Assembly: GCA_963745075.1 (NCBI GenBank)
Contig: CAVUWV010000017.1
Span: forward strand, 32,001 to 96,000
DNA: 64,000 nt
Direction of reading: 5' to 3'
Source: Candidatus Hydrogenedentota bacterium
Lineage (GTDB): Bacteria; Hydrogenedentota; Hydrogenedentia; Hydrogenedentales; SLHB01
The notes beneath the pieces are model-generated. The model saw only the letters and a list, made by a program, of their open reading frames with translations. It searched no databases and was not told the DNA's origin. Shown here one piece after another: positions 9,507-19,108 of the stretch. The position numbers and the translations under genes are program-made. The first letter of the stretch is position 1; each line of letters starts with the position of its first letter.

Positions 9507-10574
9507 ATGCTCATCTTCGACGCCCATCTCGATCTCGCCATGAACGCCACGTTGTGGAACCGCGATCTCACGCGGCCCATCGAGGAGATTCGCGACCGTG
9601 AACGTGACCTCACGGATTACCCGGATCGCGGCAACGGCGTCGTCTGCCTGCCCGAGATGCGACGCGGGGGCATCGGGTTTTGCGTGGCTACGCTTATCGC
9701 GCGCTACGTGAAGCCGGGAAACCCATTGCCCGGTTCCAATAGTCCCGCCCAGGCGTGGGCCATGACGCAATGGGAACTTGCCTGGTACCGCGCCATGGAA
9801 GATGCGGGGGAGTTGACACCGATTGTAGACGCCGAAGGCCTCGCGCGACACGTGGCGTTGTGGACGAACGATCCGCCGCCCGATGCGCCCATCGGCTATG
9901 TGTTGAGCATGGAGTGTGCCGACGCGATAGTCACGCCGGACCATCTCGAGGGATTCTACGAACAAGGCTTGCGCGCCGTCGGTCCCGCCCACTACGGTCC
10001 CGGCACCTATGCTCAGGGCACGGAAGCCACGGGGGGACTCGGCCCTCGTGGCCGTGAACTGCTCGCCGAGATGGAACGGCTGAACGTCATCCTCGATGCG
10101 ACCCATCTGTGCGACGAGAGTTTCTGGGAAGCCCTGGACCACTTTCACGGCCCCGTGTGGGCGAGCCATACCAATTGCCGCACGCTGGTCCCAGGCGACC
10201 GTCAGTTCTCCGACGAACAGATTCGGGTGTTACTCGACCGAGGCGCCATCATCGGCGCCGTGCTCGACGCGTGGATGGTCATCCCTGGCTGGGTCCGGCA
10301 CGAAACCTTGCCCGAAGAGGCCGGTCTCAAACTCGAACACGTCATCGATCACATCGACCACATTTGCCAACTCGCCGGTAATACCGACCACGTCTGTATC
10401 GGTTCCGACCTTGACGGCGGTTTCGGCCGCGAACAGTGCCCCGCTGACCTCCACACCATTGCCGACCTCGCGCGGTATCAGGACCTCCTCTCCGCCCGCG
10501 GCTACGGGGAACGCGATATTGAAGCCATCCTTCATGGGAATGTGATACGCTTTATGACGCAGGTTTGGTCGTGA
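9507..10574 (+). CDS. Membrane dipeptidase (peptidase M19)
   Basis: DAHLD, LSME, DATH, ASHTN and IGSDLDGG motifs. Confidence 0.92.
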   Translation: MLIFDAHLDLAMNATLWNRDLTRPIEEIRDRERDLTDYPDRGNGVVCLPEMRRGGIGFCVATLIARYVKPGNPLPGSNSPAQAWAMTQWELAWYRAMEDAGELTPIVDAEGLARHVALWTNDPPPDAPIGYVLSMECADAIVTPDHLEGFYEQGLRAVGPAHYGPGTYAQGTEATGGLGPRGRELLAEMERLNVILDATHLCDESFWEALDHFHGPVWASHTNCRTLVPGDRQFSDEQIRVLLDRGAIIGAVLDAWMVIPGWVRHETLPEEAGLKLEHVIDHIDHICQLAGNTDHVCIGSDLDGGFGREQCPADLHTIADLARYQDLLSARGYGERDIEAILHGNVIRFMTQVWS

Positions 10575-10626
10575 TGCGTCACCCGGGGTCCGTGTGGCCG
10601 CGCGTGAGATAAGGAGATTGAAACCC

Positions 10627-11604
10627 ATGCCGAATGTCATCTATCGCACATCATCCCTCGCTTTGCTGTTGACATTCGCCGCGGTTCCTGTTGCGGTCGC
10701 AGAACTGCAGAACGTGATGGTGAACGGGTATTTCTCCTTGCCTGAGTCCGAGCGGTTTGTCAGGGTCAAGTATCTGCCCTTGGACGAACCGGGTGCACCC
10801 AAATCCTTCGAGCCGCAAACTAAACGTCTCGAACTCGAACCGGTAGGTTACAATGATCGCGCTTACTTTGGTTGCCTCTCACAGGTTCCTGTACCCGAAA
10901 GGCCAAGTCCGAAATCCTATGCAAGATGGGGTCGCGTTGCGTTGAGTTTCTACTTTGGGGTTCCCGACTGGACCGACGACGATGCGCGCGATGGAGATCT
11001 TATGGTCGATATTGACGGCCATCAAGAGTTTAGTACGTCGCTTACCGGTTCGGGCTGGCAACCACGTTTGATCGATTTGGGCCTTTGGACCGGCGAGACC
11101 GTAAACATCACATTCTTCGGAGCTTGGATGGATGGCGATCCGCTTCCTGTTGTCATCGCATTACCCCGGATCGTGGCTTGGCACGGACCATACTATGCGG
11201 GCAAGGGAGGCCTGAACGTCATTGGACCGCACGGCGAACGGCGCATATCGACGATTCCAGATCCCCCTACGGATCTGCGGACCAAAGTCGGTGTTGACGG
11301 TACGCTAATCCATGGTGGTCCGCTCGTAATCGAAACGTTTAGCGTGTACCACCCGTCAACGATTCAGTTCGAATCAACCGTGTACGAATACTCGGCGTCG
11401 CTTCGAGAGGGCAGCTATTGGATGCCTCTCCCCTTGGCGCCGGAACAGGATCCGAAGGGTTGCGTATGGGTCTCGGAAGGCGATGCCGAGGCGGGCGCGA
11501 TCGACATCATCCCGAACTATATGGTAAACGATGCCGAATTCCTCCGCGCCATCGAAGAGCAGTTGGTCAAGGACTCGAACGTAGCTGCGGAGACTCAGAA
11601 GTAG
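10627..11604 (+). CDS. Secreted hypothetical protein
   Basis: AAGGAG SD; signal peptide ending AVA, followed by ELQNV; no recognisable catalytic motif. Confidence 0.7.
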   Translation: MPNVIYRTSSLALLLTFAAVPVAVAELQNVMVNGYFSLPESERFVRVKYLPLDEPGAPKSFEPQTKRLELEPVGYNDRAYFGCLSQVPVPERPSPKSYARWGRVALSFYFGVPDWTDDDARDGDLMVDIDGHQEFSTSLTGSGWQPRLIDLGLWTGETVNITFFGAWMDGDPLPVVIALPRIVAWHGPYYAGKGGLNVIGPHGERRISTIPDPPTDLRTKVGVDGTLIHGGPLVIETFSVYHPSTIQFESTVYEYSASLREGSYWMPLPLAPEQDPKGCVWVSEGDAEAGAIDIIPNYMVNDAEFLRAIEEQLVKDSNVAAETQK

Positions 11605-11687
11605 ACCGCATTCTTTGTTCGTGGCACCGGAAGGTGATGGGCAGCACATCGCGTTCGATTTTGCAACGTAGTTCGTTCGCGCCCGGT

Positions 11688-12092
11688 TTAGAGATTGAGT
11701 AGCATTCGGAATCCCGCCTGTTCAAAGTGATGGTCGCAACTGAACGCATCGGTCATACCTCGCGCTTCCATGACGGCGAAGGAAATGCAGTCCGTAAGCG
11801 ACCAACTCTTGTCGTCTCGCTGGCTAAAGAGGGTAAGTCCAGCTTGCAGCAGTTCTGGAGACGCAGGAAGAATGTGCGTCTTCTCATCCTTCTGCAGTGC
11901 TCGCACAAACCTCGAAAAGAATCTTCGGTTTGACGGACCGCAGAGACGATTCCCTAATTCCACAATTACGTAGTCGGTAGTTACGATCGTTCCGCGCCAA
12001 TTGCTTCCAGCCGTAGTCGCAAGCCTATGCCACGTGTCTTTAGGATTGAGCGACGCCACATAGAACGAGGTGTCCGCAAAAGCAGAACTCAT
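11688..12092 (-). CDS. vapC: VapC-family PIN domain toxin
   Basis: FADTSFYVA, TTDYVIVE, SLTDCISF and DHHFEQAGF PIN acidic motifs. Confidence 0.93.
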   Translation of the reverse strand: MSSAFADTSFYVASLNPKDTWHRLATTAGSNWRGTIVTTDYVIVELGNRLCGPSNRRFFSRFVRALQKDEKTHILPASPELLQAGLTLFSQRDDKSWSLTDCISFAVMEARGMTDAFSCDHHFEQAGFRMLLNL

Positions 12093-12322
12093 CTTCTTGG
12101 AGTGCCATACAAATAGTGGTCGAGATTCTCCGCTGCATCCTCCGGAAGACCTTCAGCTTTACCTATGAAGTCTGCAAAGCGCTCCGTGAAGGACGGTCCA
12201 GAGTTACCGTCGGGCGGAGGCGGCGCTTCCGCAAGTTCGATTCGAACGGCGGTCCCTTCCGGCAGGGTGACCGATTCATCAAGTACGATGGCGCCGTTTA
12301 CGACATGTCCTTTGTAGACCAT
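12089..12322 (-). CDS. Putative antitoxin (AF2212/DUF104-like N-terminus)
   Basis: 77 aa; YKGHVVNGAIVLDESVTLPEGTAVRI and C-terminal NLDHYLYG; 4-nt overlap with the toxin gene. Confidence 0.85.
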   Translation of the reverse strand: MVYKGHVVNGAIVLDESVTLPEGTAVRIELAEAPPPPDGNSGPSFTERFADFIGKAEGLPEDAAENLDHYLYGTPRR

Positions 12323-12392
12323 CTCTTATACTCCTGCTTTACATCGCCCTCATTGTAGCACATGTGTCGGTCGAACGCCTGCGGAATCTTCT

Positions 12393-12950
12393 TTACCGAC
12401 GAGCGGTATCAGTTCCAGTCGGCGTATATGACTGGCGTTGCGCGGCCTTGCGATCGGCTACCAGTTCCCCGGACACTTTGGCGTCTTTCGGCTCTTTCAC
12501 GTCAAACCCAATGGCCTCCCAGCGCGGGTCGTCGGGATCGAGACCGAGATGCTCGATGTACCCGCGCTCGGCTATGAAGCATTTGCCGTGGGCGGTCAGG
12601 AGGTAGCCGCCGTTTGCTTCCAGGTACGTGCGCGCTTCCTCGTGCGTTTTGCACCAGTTGTGCCAGAACGCGCTCGCACCGGGCGGACACCACAGCACGT
12701 CCGCCGCGTCTTTGAGGTTCTTCCACGCGGCGTACCCATGCTCGCGCGCGATAACCGCCAAGGCGTGTTTCCGCTGGATGCTGTCGCGCGCCGCCAGAAT
12801 CTCGTCCGTCGTTTGCTCTCGAAACGGCGCGATCCGCCGAAAACGTTCCGCCGCGCCGGCGGCAATGGAGGGTTGCGTGGACTGCAGATCTTTGAGCAGC
12901 AGCGATGCTTCGCGTTTGCACTTGTCGAGGGACGGAATGGGACGTGTCAT
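12393..12950 (-). CDS. Hypothetical protein with N-terminal helical PSLxxxKREAxxLLK...ALAVIAREHGYxxWxxLK module
   Basis: AAGGAA SD before ATG 12950. The motif resembles the small helical module found on ankyrin-repeat and glyoxalase-superfamily proteins. Confidence 0.8.
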   Translation of the reverse strand: MTRPIPSLDKCKREASLLLKDLQSTQPSIAAGAAERFRRIAPFREQTTDEILAARDSIQRKHALAVIAREHGYAAWKNLKDAADVLWCPPGASAFWHNWCKTHEEARTYLEANGGYLLTAHGKCFIAERGYIEHLGLDPDDPRWEAIGFDVKEPKDAKVSGELVADRKAAQRQSYTPTGTDTARR

Positions 12951-13076
12951 GAGATCGTTCCTTTGTTCGTAGTGTGGAACTAATCCGCATCGTCCACAAA
13001 GGAAACCTCTCACGTGATACATTCAGCGAGTCGGGAGTGATACCATCTTTCGCGGATGCGGCGCCTCCCAGCACCG
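12951..13076 (-). ncRNA. Candidate structured 5' leader RNA
   Basis: Lies between a predicted promoter and the ATG. CCGCATC/GATGCGG (12985-12991 / 13055-13061) and GGGAG/CTCCC (13033-13037 / 13065-13069) pairings cross each other. Confidence 0.45.
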
Positions 13077-13082
13077 GGCGCG

Positions 13083-13112
13083 AGTATAAGGCATTCAGGT
13101 GGCGTAGTGCAA
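13083..13112 (-). promoter_or_regulatory. Sigma70-type promoter TTGCAC-N18-TATACT
   Basis: Read directly on the minus strand. Confidence 0.55.
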
Positions 13113-13254
13113 ATTGGGCCCGATCGGAGACCTCGGTGACAGGAGAAGCACTATGGACTTCATTGGCGACACGGACGAGATGGAACACATGGACAAGCAT
13201 TGCGGAACACAAGCAATTCACAACGTCAATTCGTCCATCACATCCAAACTGTCC

Positions 13255-14851
13255 ATGGTGTCACTGGCCGTGCGGTTATTCTCGGCTTTGCTCTTCTGCA
13301 TGATCCCGGCGTTTGCGCAACGAACCGTGCCCCCGCTGGAAACCGGACCTTCCGCCGTAACGACGCTGGAACAAATGGCCACCCTTCCCGACGACGAAAT
13401 TGATCTTGCCCGGGCCGTGCTCGAGGTGGCCAAAGGGGTCAATTCTGCCGTAGATGTCGACCGTTACATCACCCTCCTCGATGAACTCGCCGACGAGATG
13501 CAACGGCGGTTGACCAATCGGACGAATCCACGAGACCAACTCCGCGTCATGGCCGTGACCATCTTTCGTGACTGGGGGTTCGGACGCAGCGACGTGGTTG
13601 CGCCGGACGTGTACGTCGGGTTCAACGAAGTCCTGGACCAACAGCAATGGAACTGCTTCGGCCTGTCCGTGCTCTACGTTACCCTGGGCGAGCGCCTCGG
13701 GATTCCCCTGCATATGGTCGCCGGAAGGGGGCATGTTCTCGTCGAGTACACGGGATCGCCTGCGCTCTTCGTCGAAACCACCGACAAAGGTCGCATTCAC
13801 GAAAGCAAGGACTACCTGGCCGACTATCTCCCGTTTCCCTGTGTGCGTCCCGAAGACTTCACGCTCTTGAACAAAAAGGAAACGGTCGCCGTTGTGCTGA
13901 CGCAGACCGCTCTTGCCGTACAGAATCGCAAGCAGTTGGATCTAGCCCGCGACTACTACACCCTCGCCCTGAAGTTCGATCCGAAGGATGCCGAAGCGTT
14001 CAGCGGACTGGGTTTTCTCGCCTTGAACGCCGGACGTGCAAACGACGCCATCGCCGAATTTCGACATGCGATTGACGCCAATCCGCAGTACCGCGAAGCG
14101 TACGGTGGTCTCGGCGCCGCACTCTACGCCACCGGCGATTTTGCTGGCGCCGCAGATGCGTACCGGAAGGCCATTGAGCAATGCGCGGAAGAGCCCAAGG
14201 CGGTGTTTAATCTCGCGCAGATTCTCTATGAAACGGGCGACCTGCAAAAGTCAGCGGAACTATTCCGGAAATACACGCGGTTGGCTCCGGGCGACCCCGA
14301 CGGCTATGCGCGTCTGGCCTTTCCGCTCGAAGACTCCGGCGATCTGGACGGAGCGCTCGCGGCCTACCGCACGGCCATCCAATTGAATCCACACTATGTG
14401 GACGCGTACATCAACATGGGATTGGTGTACGAGAAGAAAGGTCTCTTGGATACTGCGCGGCAGTCCTTTGAACAAGCCATCCGTCTGCAGCCCAACAGCG
14501 CACTTGCATACGACGGTCTGGCCCGTGTCTTCCACGCGCAGAAGAACGATCAACAGGCCCTTGCCGCGATCGCGCGTGCGGCACAGATCGATCCATCCAA
14601 CGGAACGGTTTGGCTGGACTACGGAGCGATCCTTCGTGATACGGGCGATGTCGACCGGGCCATTGAGTCGTATCAACGCGCCGCGTCGCTGCTATCCTGA
14701 CGATCCGGAAGCGTTCGAGGCGCTGGCGGAGATTCACCTGAAACGGGGGGATACGGACGCTGCGAGAACTGCCGCGCAGCGCGCTTCCGATTTGGGCGCC
14801 GATCTGTCGCCGGCGTTGCAGAAGTTACTGCCTTCGCCAAAGCAACAATGA
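13255..14851 (+). CDS. Secreted transglutaminase-like (SirB1-type) + multi-TPR protein, with a +1 frameshift near 14692
   Basis: Signal peptide, WNCFGLSVLY..GH..VETT core and many TPRs. The last TPR (PDDPEAFEALAEIHLKRGD) continues in another frame after TGA 14700. Confidence 0.8.
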
Positions 14852-15197
14852 AGCCGGGTAGTTGAAATCCCGCTAAGAGTTCCGGTCCGAGAAATCTGTC
14901 GGGGACGGACTTTGCTGCCTCTGAGCATGTAGTCACGCAAAAGATCGCGATCAACGTCAGAATACCGAGACCGATGCAGCCCACGGCGAGTGCGATTAAG
15001 TCTTCTGAAACGAATGTTCCGACGGTAAGCAATCCCCCAAGCCCCATGATGATCCACGCCATCACGTACCCAAAGCGAACGCGCCGTTCGGCGTAGTCCA
15101 ATACCGGGTCTTCTTTCAGGGGATAGCCACAGTGCGGACAACTCAGTGCTTGGTCACTTACGCTCTTGCCGCATTCCCGACACGCAATAAGGGCCAT
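14673..15197 (-). CDS. Zinc-ribbon membrane protein (3' end uncertain)
   Basis: MALIACRECGKSVSDQALSCPHCGYP followed by two TM helices; the 3' part overlaps the TPR gene. Confidence 0.7.
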   Translation of the reverse strand: MALIACRECGKSVSDQALSCPHCGYPLKEDPVLDYAERRVRFGYVMAWIIMGLGGLLTVGTFVSEDLIALAVGCIGLGILTLIAIFCVTTCSEAAKSVPDRFLGPELLAGFQLPGFIVALAKAVTSATPATDRRPNRKRAARQFSQRPYPPVSGESPPAPRTLPDRQDSSDAAR

Positions 15198-15387
15198 AGC
15201 GAAACCCTTTCTCAAGACCACTGCCCCCGGTCTCTTCTTATGAATACACCTTCGGCGTCGGGATTTGCAAGGATTGCATCAAGATAATGCGAGGCACGTG
15301 GTTCCCTTGTGGATAGTCTGGGAGAACGATCGCGACATAGCGATATCGCGTCGACGCGCAGTGCAAGGGGCGACACGACCGGTTTTC

Positions 15388-16188
15388 TTACGCCACCGCC
15401 TCGTTCGTCAACGGCTCGGACTCCGTCGTACGGATGCGTTTGCCCCGGATCATGACATTCGGCCGGCCGACGCTTTGCCCGGCGATCTGTGTGTTTGCCG
15501 GATCGCGATAGCCGCAACGCACCATGCGCCGGACTTTGTCGGTGGTATTGATGTAACTGCCGTGCACAGTGTAGATGTTGAAACACACGACGTCGCCACG
15601 ATTCGCCGGCACCGGTACCGTCTGCTCCAGCTTGTACTCGTCTGTATTCAGATGCGGCGTGCACTCGTCACCCTCCGGGGTTCGTGTGATGTGTGGCAAG
15701 TACCCTTTCTGATGCGACCCCGCCAGGAAGCGGATCTCCCCATTATCGTGACACGTGTCGTCCAGGTGGATCAGCGCGTCCATATACCGGCCGTCGCTGT
15801 GCTCGTAGAAGGCATTGTCCTGATGCATGGGGAACGGATGCCCGCTTTCGGGCGGTTTCGCGTGCAAGGTCGTGTGGTGCAACTCGACGTTGGGGCCGAT
15901 CAACGCGGCCATGACATCCGCCATTCGAAGACTCGTCACCGCCCGCATCCACGCCTCCGAATAAAAGTGGAGGTCGTGCAAAGAGGTCAATTTTGACTTC
16001 TTCTCCGTGTTAGTATCCATGTAAACCTTGCGCCATGGACCGGACCAGCCCATTTCCGTACGGGCCCACTGGTCCATGAGAAAATCCAAATGCGCCTCCA
16101 ATTCATCCATTTCGTCCGGCGTGAACACCTGCGGAATGTGAAGAAACCCGTTTTCCGTATAAAAGTCAATTTGTTCTTGCGACAACAT
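15388..16188 (-). CDS. Phytanoyl-CoA dioxygenase (PhyH) family protein
   Basis: FYTENGFL, HQD iron motif, GSH, distal HGS and RR. Confidence 0.92.
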   Translation of the reverse strand: MLSQEQIDFYTENGFLHIPQVFTPDEMDELEAHLDFLMDQWARTEMGWSGPWRKVYMDTNTEKKSKLTSLHDLHFYSEAWMRAVTSLRMADVMAALIGPNVELHHTTLHAKPPESGHPFPMHQDNAFYEHSDGRYMDALIHLDDTCHDNGEIRFLAGSHQKGYLPHITRTPEGDECTPHLNTDEYKLEQTVPVPANRGDVVCFNIYTVHGSYINTTDKVRRMVRCGYRDPANTQIAGQSVGRPNVMIRGKRIRTTESEPLTNEAVA

Positions 16189-16410
16189 CCCTTAGACTCC
16201 TTGATCATTGAAAGACCGCATTGCACGGCCGTTGATGGGCAAACGTGCCTCGAAACCTTCGGACAGCTAGACGTATTGAGACTACCATAGCATGAGGGTA
16301 TTGCGGCAAGTGGCAATGCGCGGTGATGCCGGGGTGTGAATTTGGAGAGGAGGTTCGGAGACCCTTCAAACCCCAATATGTGGTATGACTTGGGAAGTTT
16401 TAGTTTCTTA

Positions 16411-16439
16411 TTGGATTTTCGGACCGCTTCTGCTATAAT
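16411..16439 (+). promoter_or_regulatory. Sigma70 promoter for the mre operon: TTGGAT-N17-TATAAT with extended TG
   Basis: ttggattttcggaccgcttctgctataat. Confidence 0.6.
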
Positions 16440-16457
16440 CCGTCAGGCTTAGCTTGA

Positions 16458-17567
<1,110 letters not shown>

Positions 17568-17570
17568 GCA

Positions 17571-18587
17571 GTGTTCCTGTCACGCCGCATAAGCGAAAAC
17601 CGGCCTACGATAGTTCTAGTGGCGCTGGTGGTACTGTCTCTCATGTCGCTGGCGTCCGGCACCAAAGGGAACATCCTGTCCCGCGCAGTAAGCAAAGGGG
17701 TTTCCATCGTCGCCTTTCCCGTGTGGCAGGCCATGTCCGCCGTTCAGCAACGCGTCGAGTACGCAACCTCCTTCGTCGTCTCGTACAACGCATCCCGCGT
17801 CGAAGCGGAAAACCTGCAACGGGAACTGGCAAGTCTCGTTCCTCGAATCGCCGACCGCGATGCAATCGAGGCCGAGAACCGGCGATTGCGTGCTATGCTG
17901 AAGTTCGAGGATACGCAGCCGCGGCTCGATCTCATGCCTGCGGACGTAGTCCCGCTTTCCGACCGACCGCTCGCAGCAGGTATTATCTCCAACACGGGCG
18001 GCGTGCTCGTTATCGATCGCGGCAGCATCCACGGCGTTGAAGCCGCCATGTGTGCGATGACCAAGGACGGGGTCATCGGCATCGTAACCAAAGTCGAGCC
18101 GACGCTTGCATACGTGGCCACGCTCCACAGCGACGAGTGCAAAATCGGCGCCATGATCGACCGCAACAAGCGAGTGCGTGCGATTGTCCACGGCAGCGGC
18201 AGCGACTACAGCCACATCTGCCGGATGCAATACATCGACACGCAGGATATTGTTCGGGTAGGGGACGAAGTGTTGACCAGTGGAAGCGGTATTTTCCCCA
18301 GTGAGTATCCCATTGGAAAGATTACGGACGTTCAAAAGGACAGCTCCCTTTTTCAGGAGGCCTTCATAGAACCCTATGCCGACCCGTATAGCGTGGATGA
18401 ACTCTTTCTGGTACGCCGAGCCCAGCCCACCCTTGCGGAACTCACCGGTGCGGCGGCGGCGTCCTCGGAATCCGGCATCGAGATCCCCGCGCCGTTGGAT
18501 GATTCGGAACGGAAGAAGAAGACCGCGAACGCCGGACCGTTTTCCATGCCGGACACCCGTTCGGTGCAGGAACGGTACGCACCTTGA
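17571..18587 (+). CDS. mreC: Rod shape-determining protein MreC
   Basis: TM helix, coiled coil ENRRLRAML, IDRGS, TSGSGIFP; synteny with mreB. Confidence 0.92.
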   Translation: MFLSRRISENRPTIVLVALVVLSLMSLASGTKGNILSRAVSKGVSIVAFPVWQAMSAVQQRVEYATSFVVSYNASRVEAENLQRELASLVPRIADRDAIEAENRRLRAMLKFEDTQPRLDLMPADVVPLSDRPLAAGIISNTGGVLVIDRGSIHGVEAAMCAMTKDGVIGIVTKVEPTLAYVATLHSDECKIGAMIDRNKRVRAIVHGSGSDYSHICRMQYIDTQDIVRVGDEVLTSGSGIFPSEYPIGKITDVQKDSSLFQEAFIEPYADPYSVDELFLVRRAQPTLAELTGAAAASSESGIEIPAPLDDSERKKKTANAGPFSMPDTRSVQERYAP

Positions 18588-18598
18588 ACGGTGGAACT

Positions 18599-19108
18599 AT
18601 GCGCAGGAATTTATTGTGGGCGATAGCCGTAACCGCCGCGGCACTGATCGAGACAACGTGGCTCAAAGCGATCAGTGTGATGGACGTAACGCCAAATCTC
18701 ACGTTGTTGATGGTCATTTATTTCGCCATCGCCGATGGAGAAGAACGCGCCATGTTTACCGGGGTGGTGGGCGGCGTTTTCCAGGATGTGGCCCGCAGCG
18801 CCGTTCTCGGCCATCACGTCCTTTGCCTCGTTATCGTCGGATTCGCGTCGGGGCGCATCGCCACGCGGCTGGTCACCGAACATCCCGCGGTCAAGGCCGG
18901 GCTTGTATTCTGCGCCAGTATCGTGTGCGGTTTGCTTGAAATTCTCGTCCAATATGTGCAGGACCCGGACCTGGCCGCCGTGCACAATATCGTGGCCCGC
19001 GTCGTTCCCGGTGCCTTCTACACGGCGTTGTTCACCCCCGTCCTCTTCTTTCTGCTCGATCGGTCGTTTCGCCACCGAAACTTTGCGCTAAACGGAGGCA
19101 CGACATGA
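18599..19108 (+). CDS. mreD: Rod shape-determining protein MreD
   Basis: Hydrophobic protein with PNL and GVFQD motifs; synteny. Confidence 0.9.
   Translation: MRRNLLWAIAVTAAALIETTWLKAISVMDVTPNLTLLMVIYFAIADGEERAMFTGVVGGVFQDVARSAVLGHHVLCLVIVGFASGRIATRLVTEHPAVKAGLVFCASIVCGLLEILVQYVQDPDLAAVHNIVARVVPGAFYTALFTPVLFFLLDRSFRHRNFALNGGTT

Noticed and set aside
13114..13254. N-terminal extension of the TPR ORF
   Set aside because: It consists of the 9-nt periodic repeat; the signal peptide begins at ATG 13255.
16371..16386. NrdR-box-like sequence CCCCAATATGTGGTAT upstream of mreB
   Set aside because: Single imperfect copy and no nrd genes nearby.
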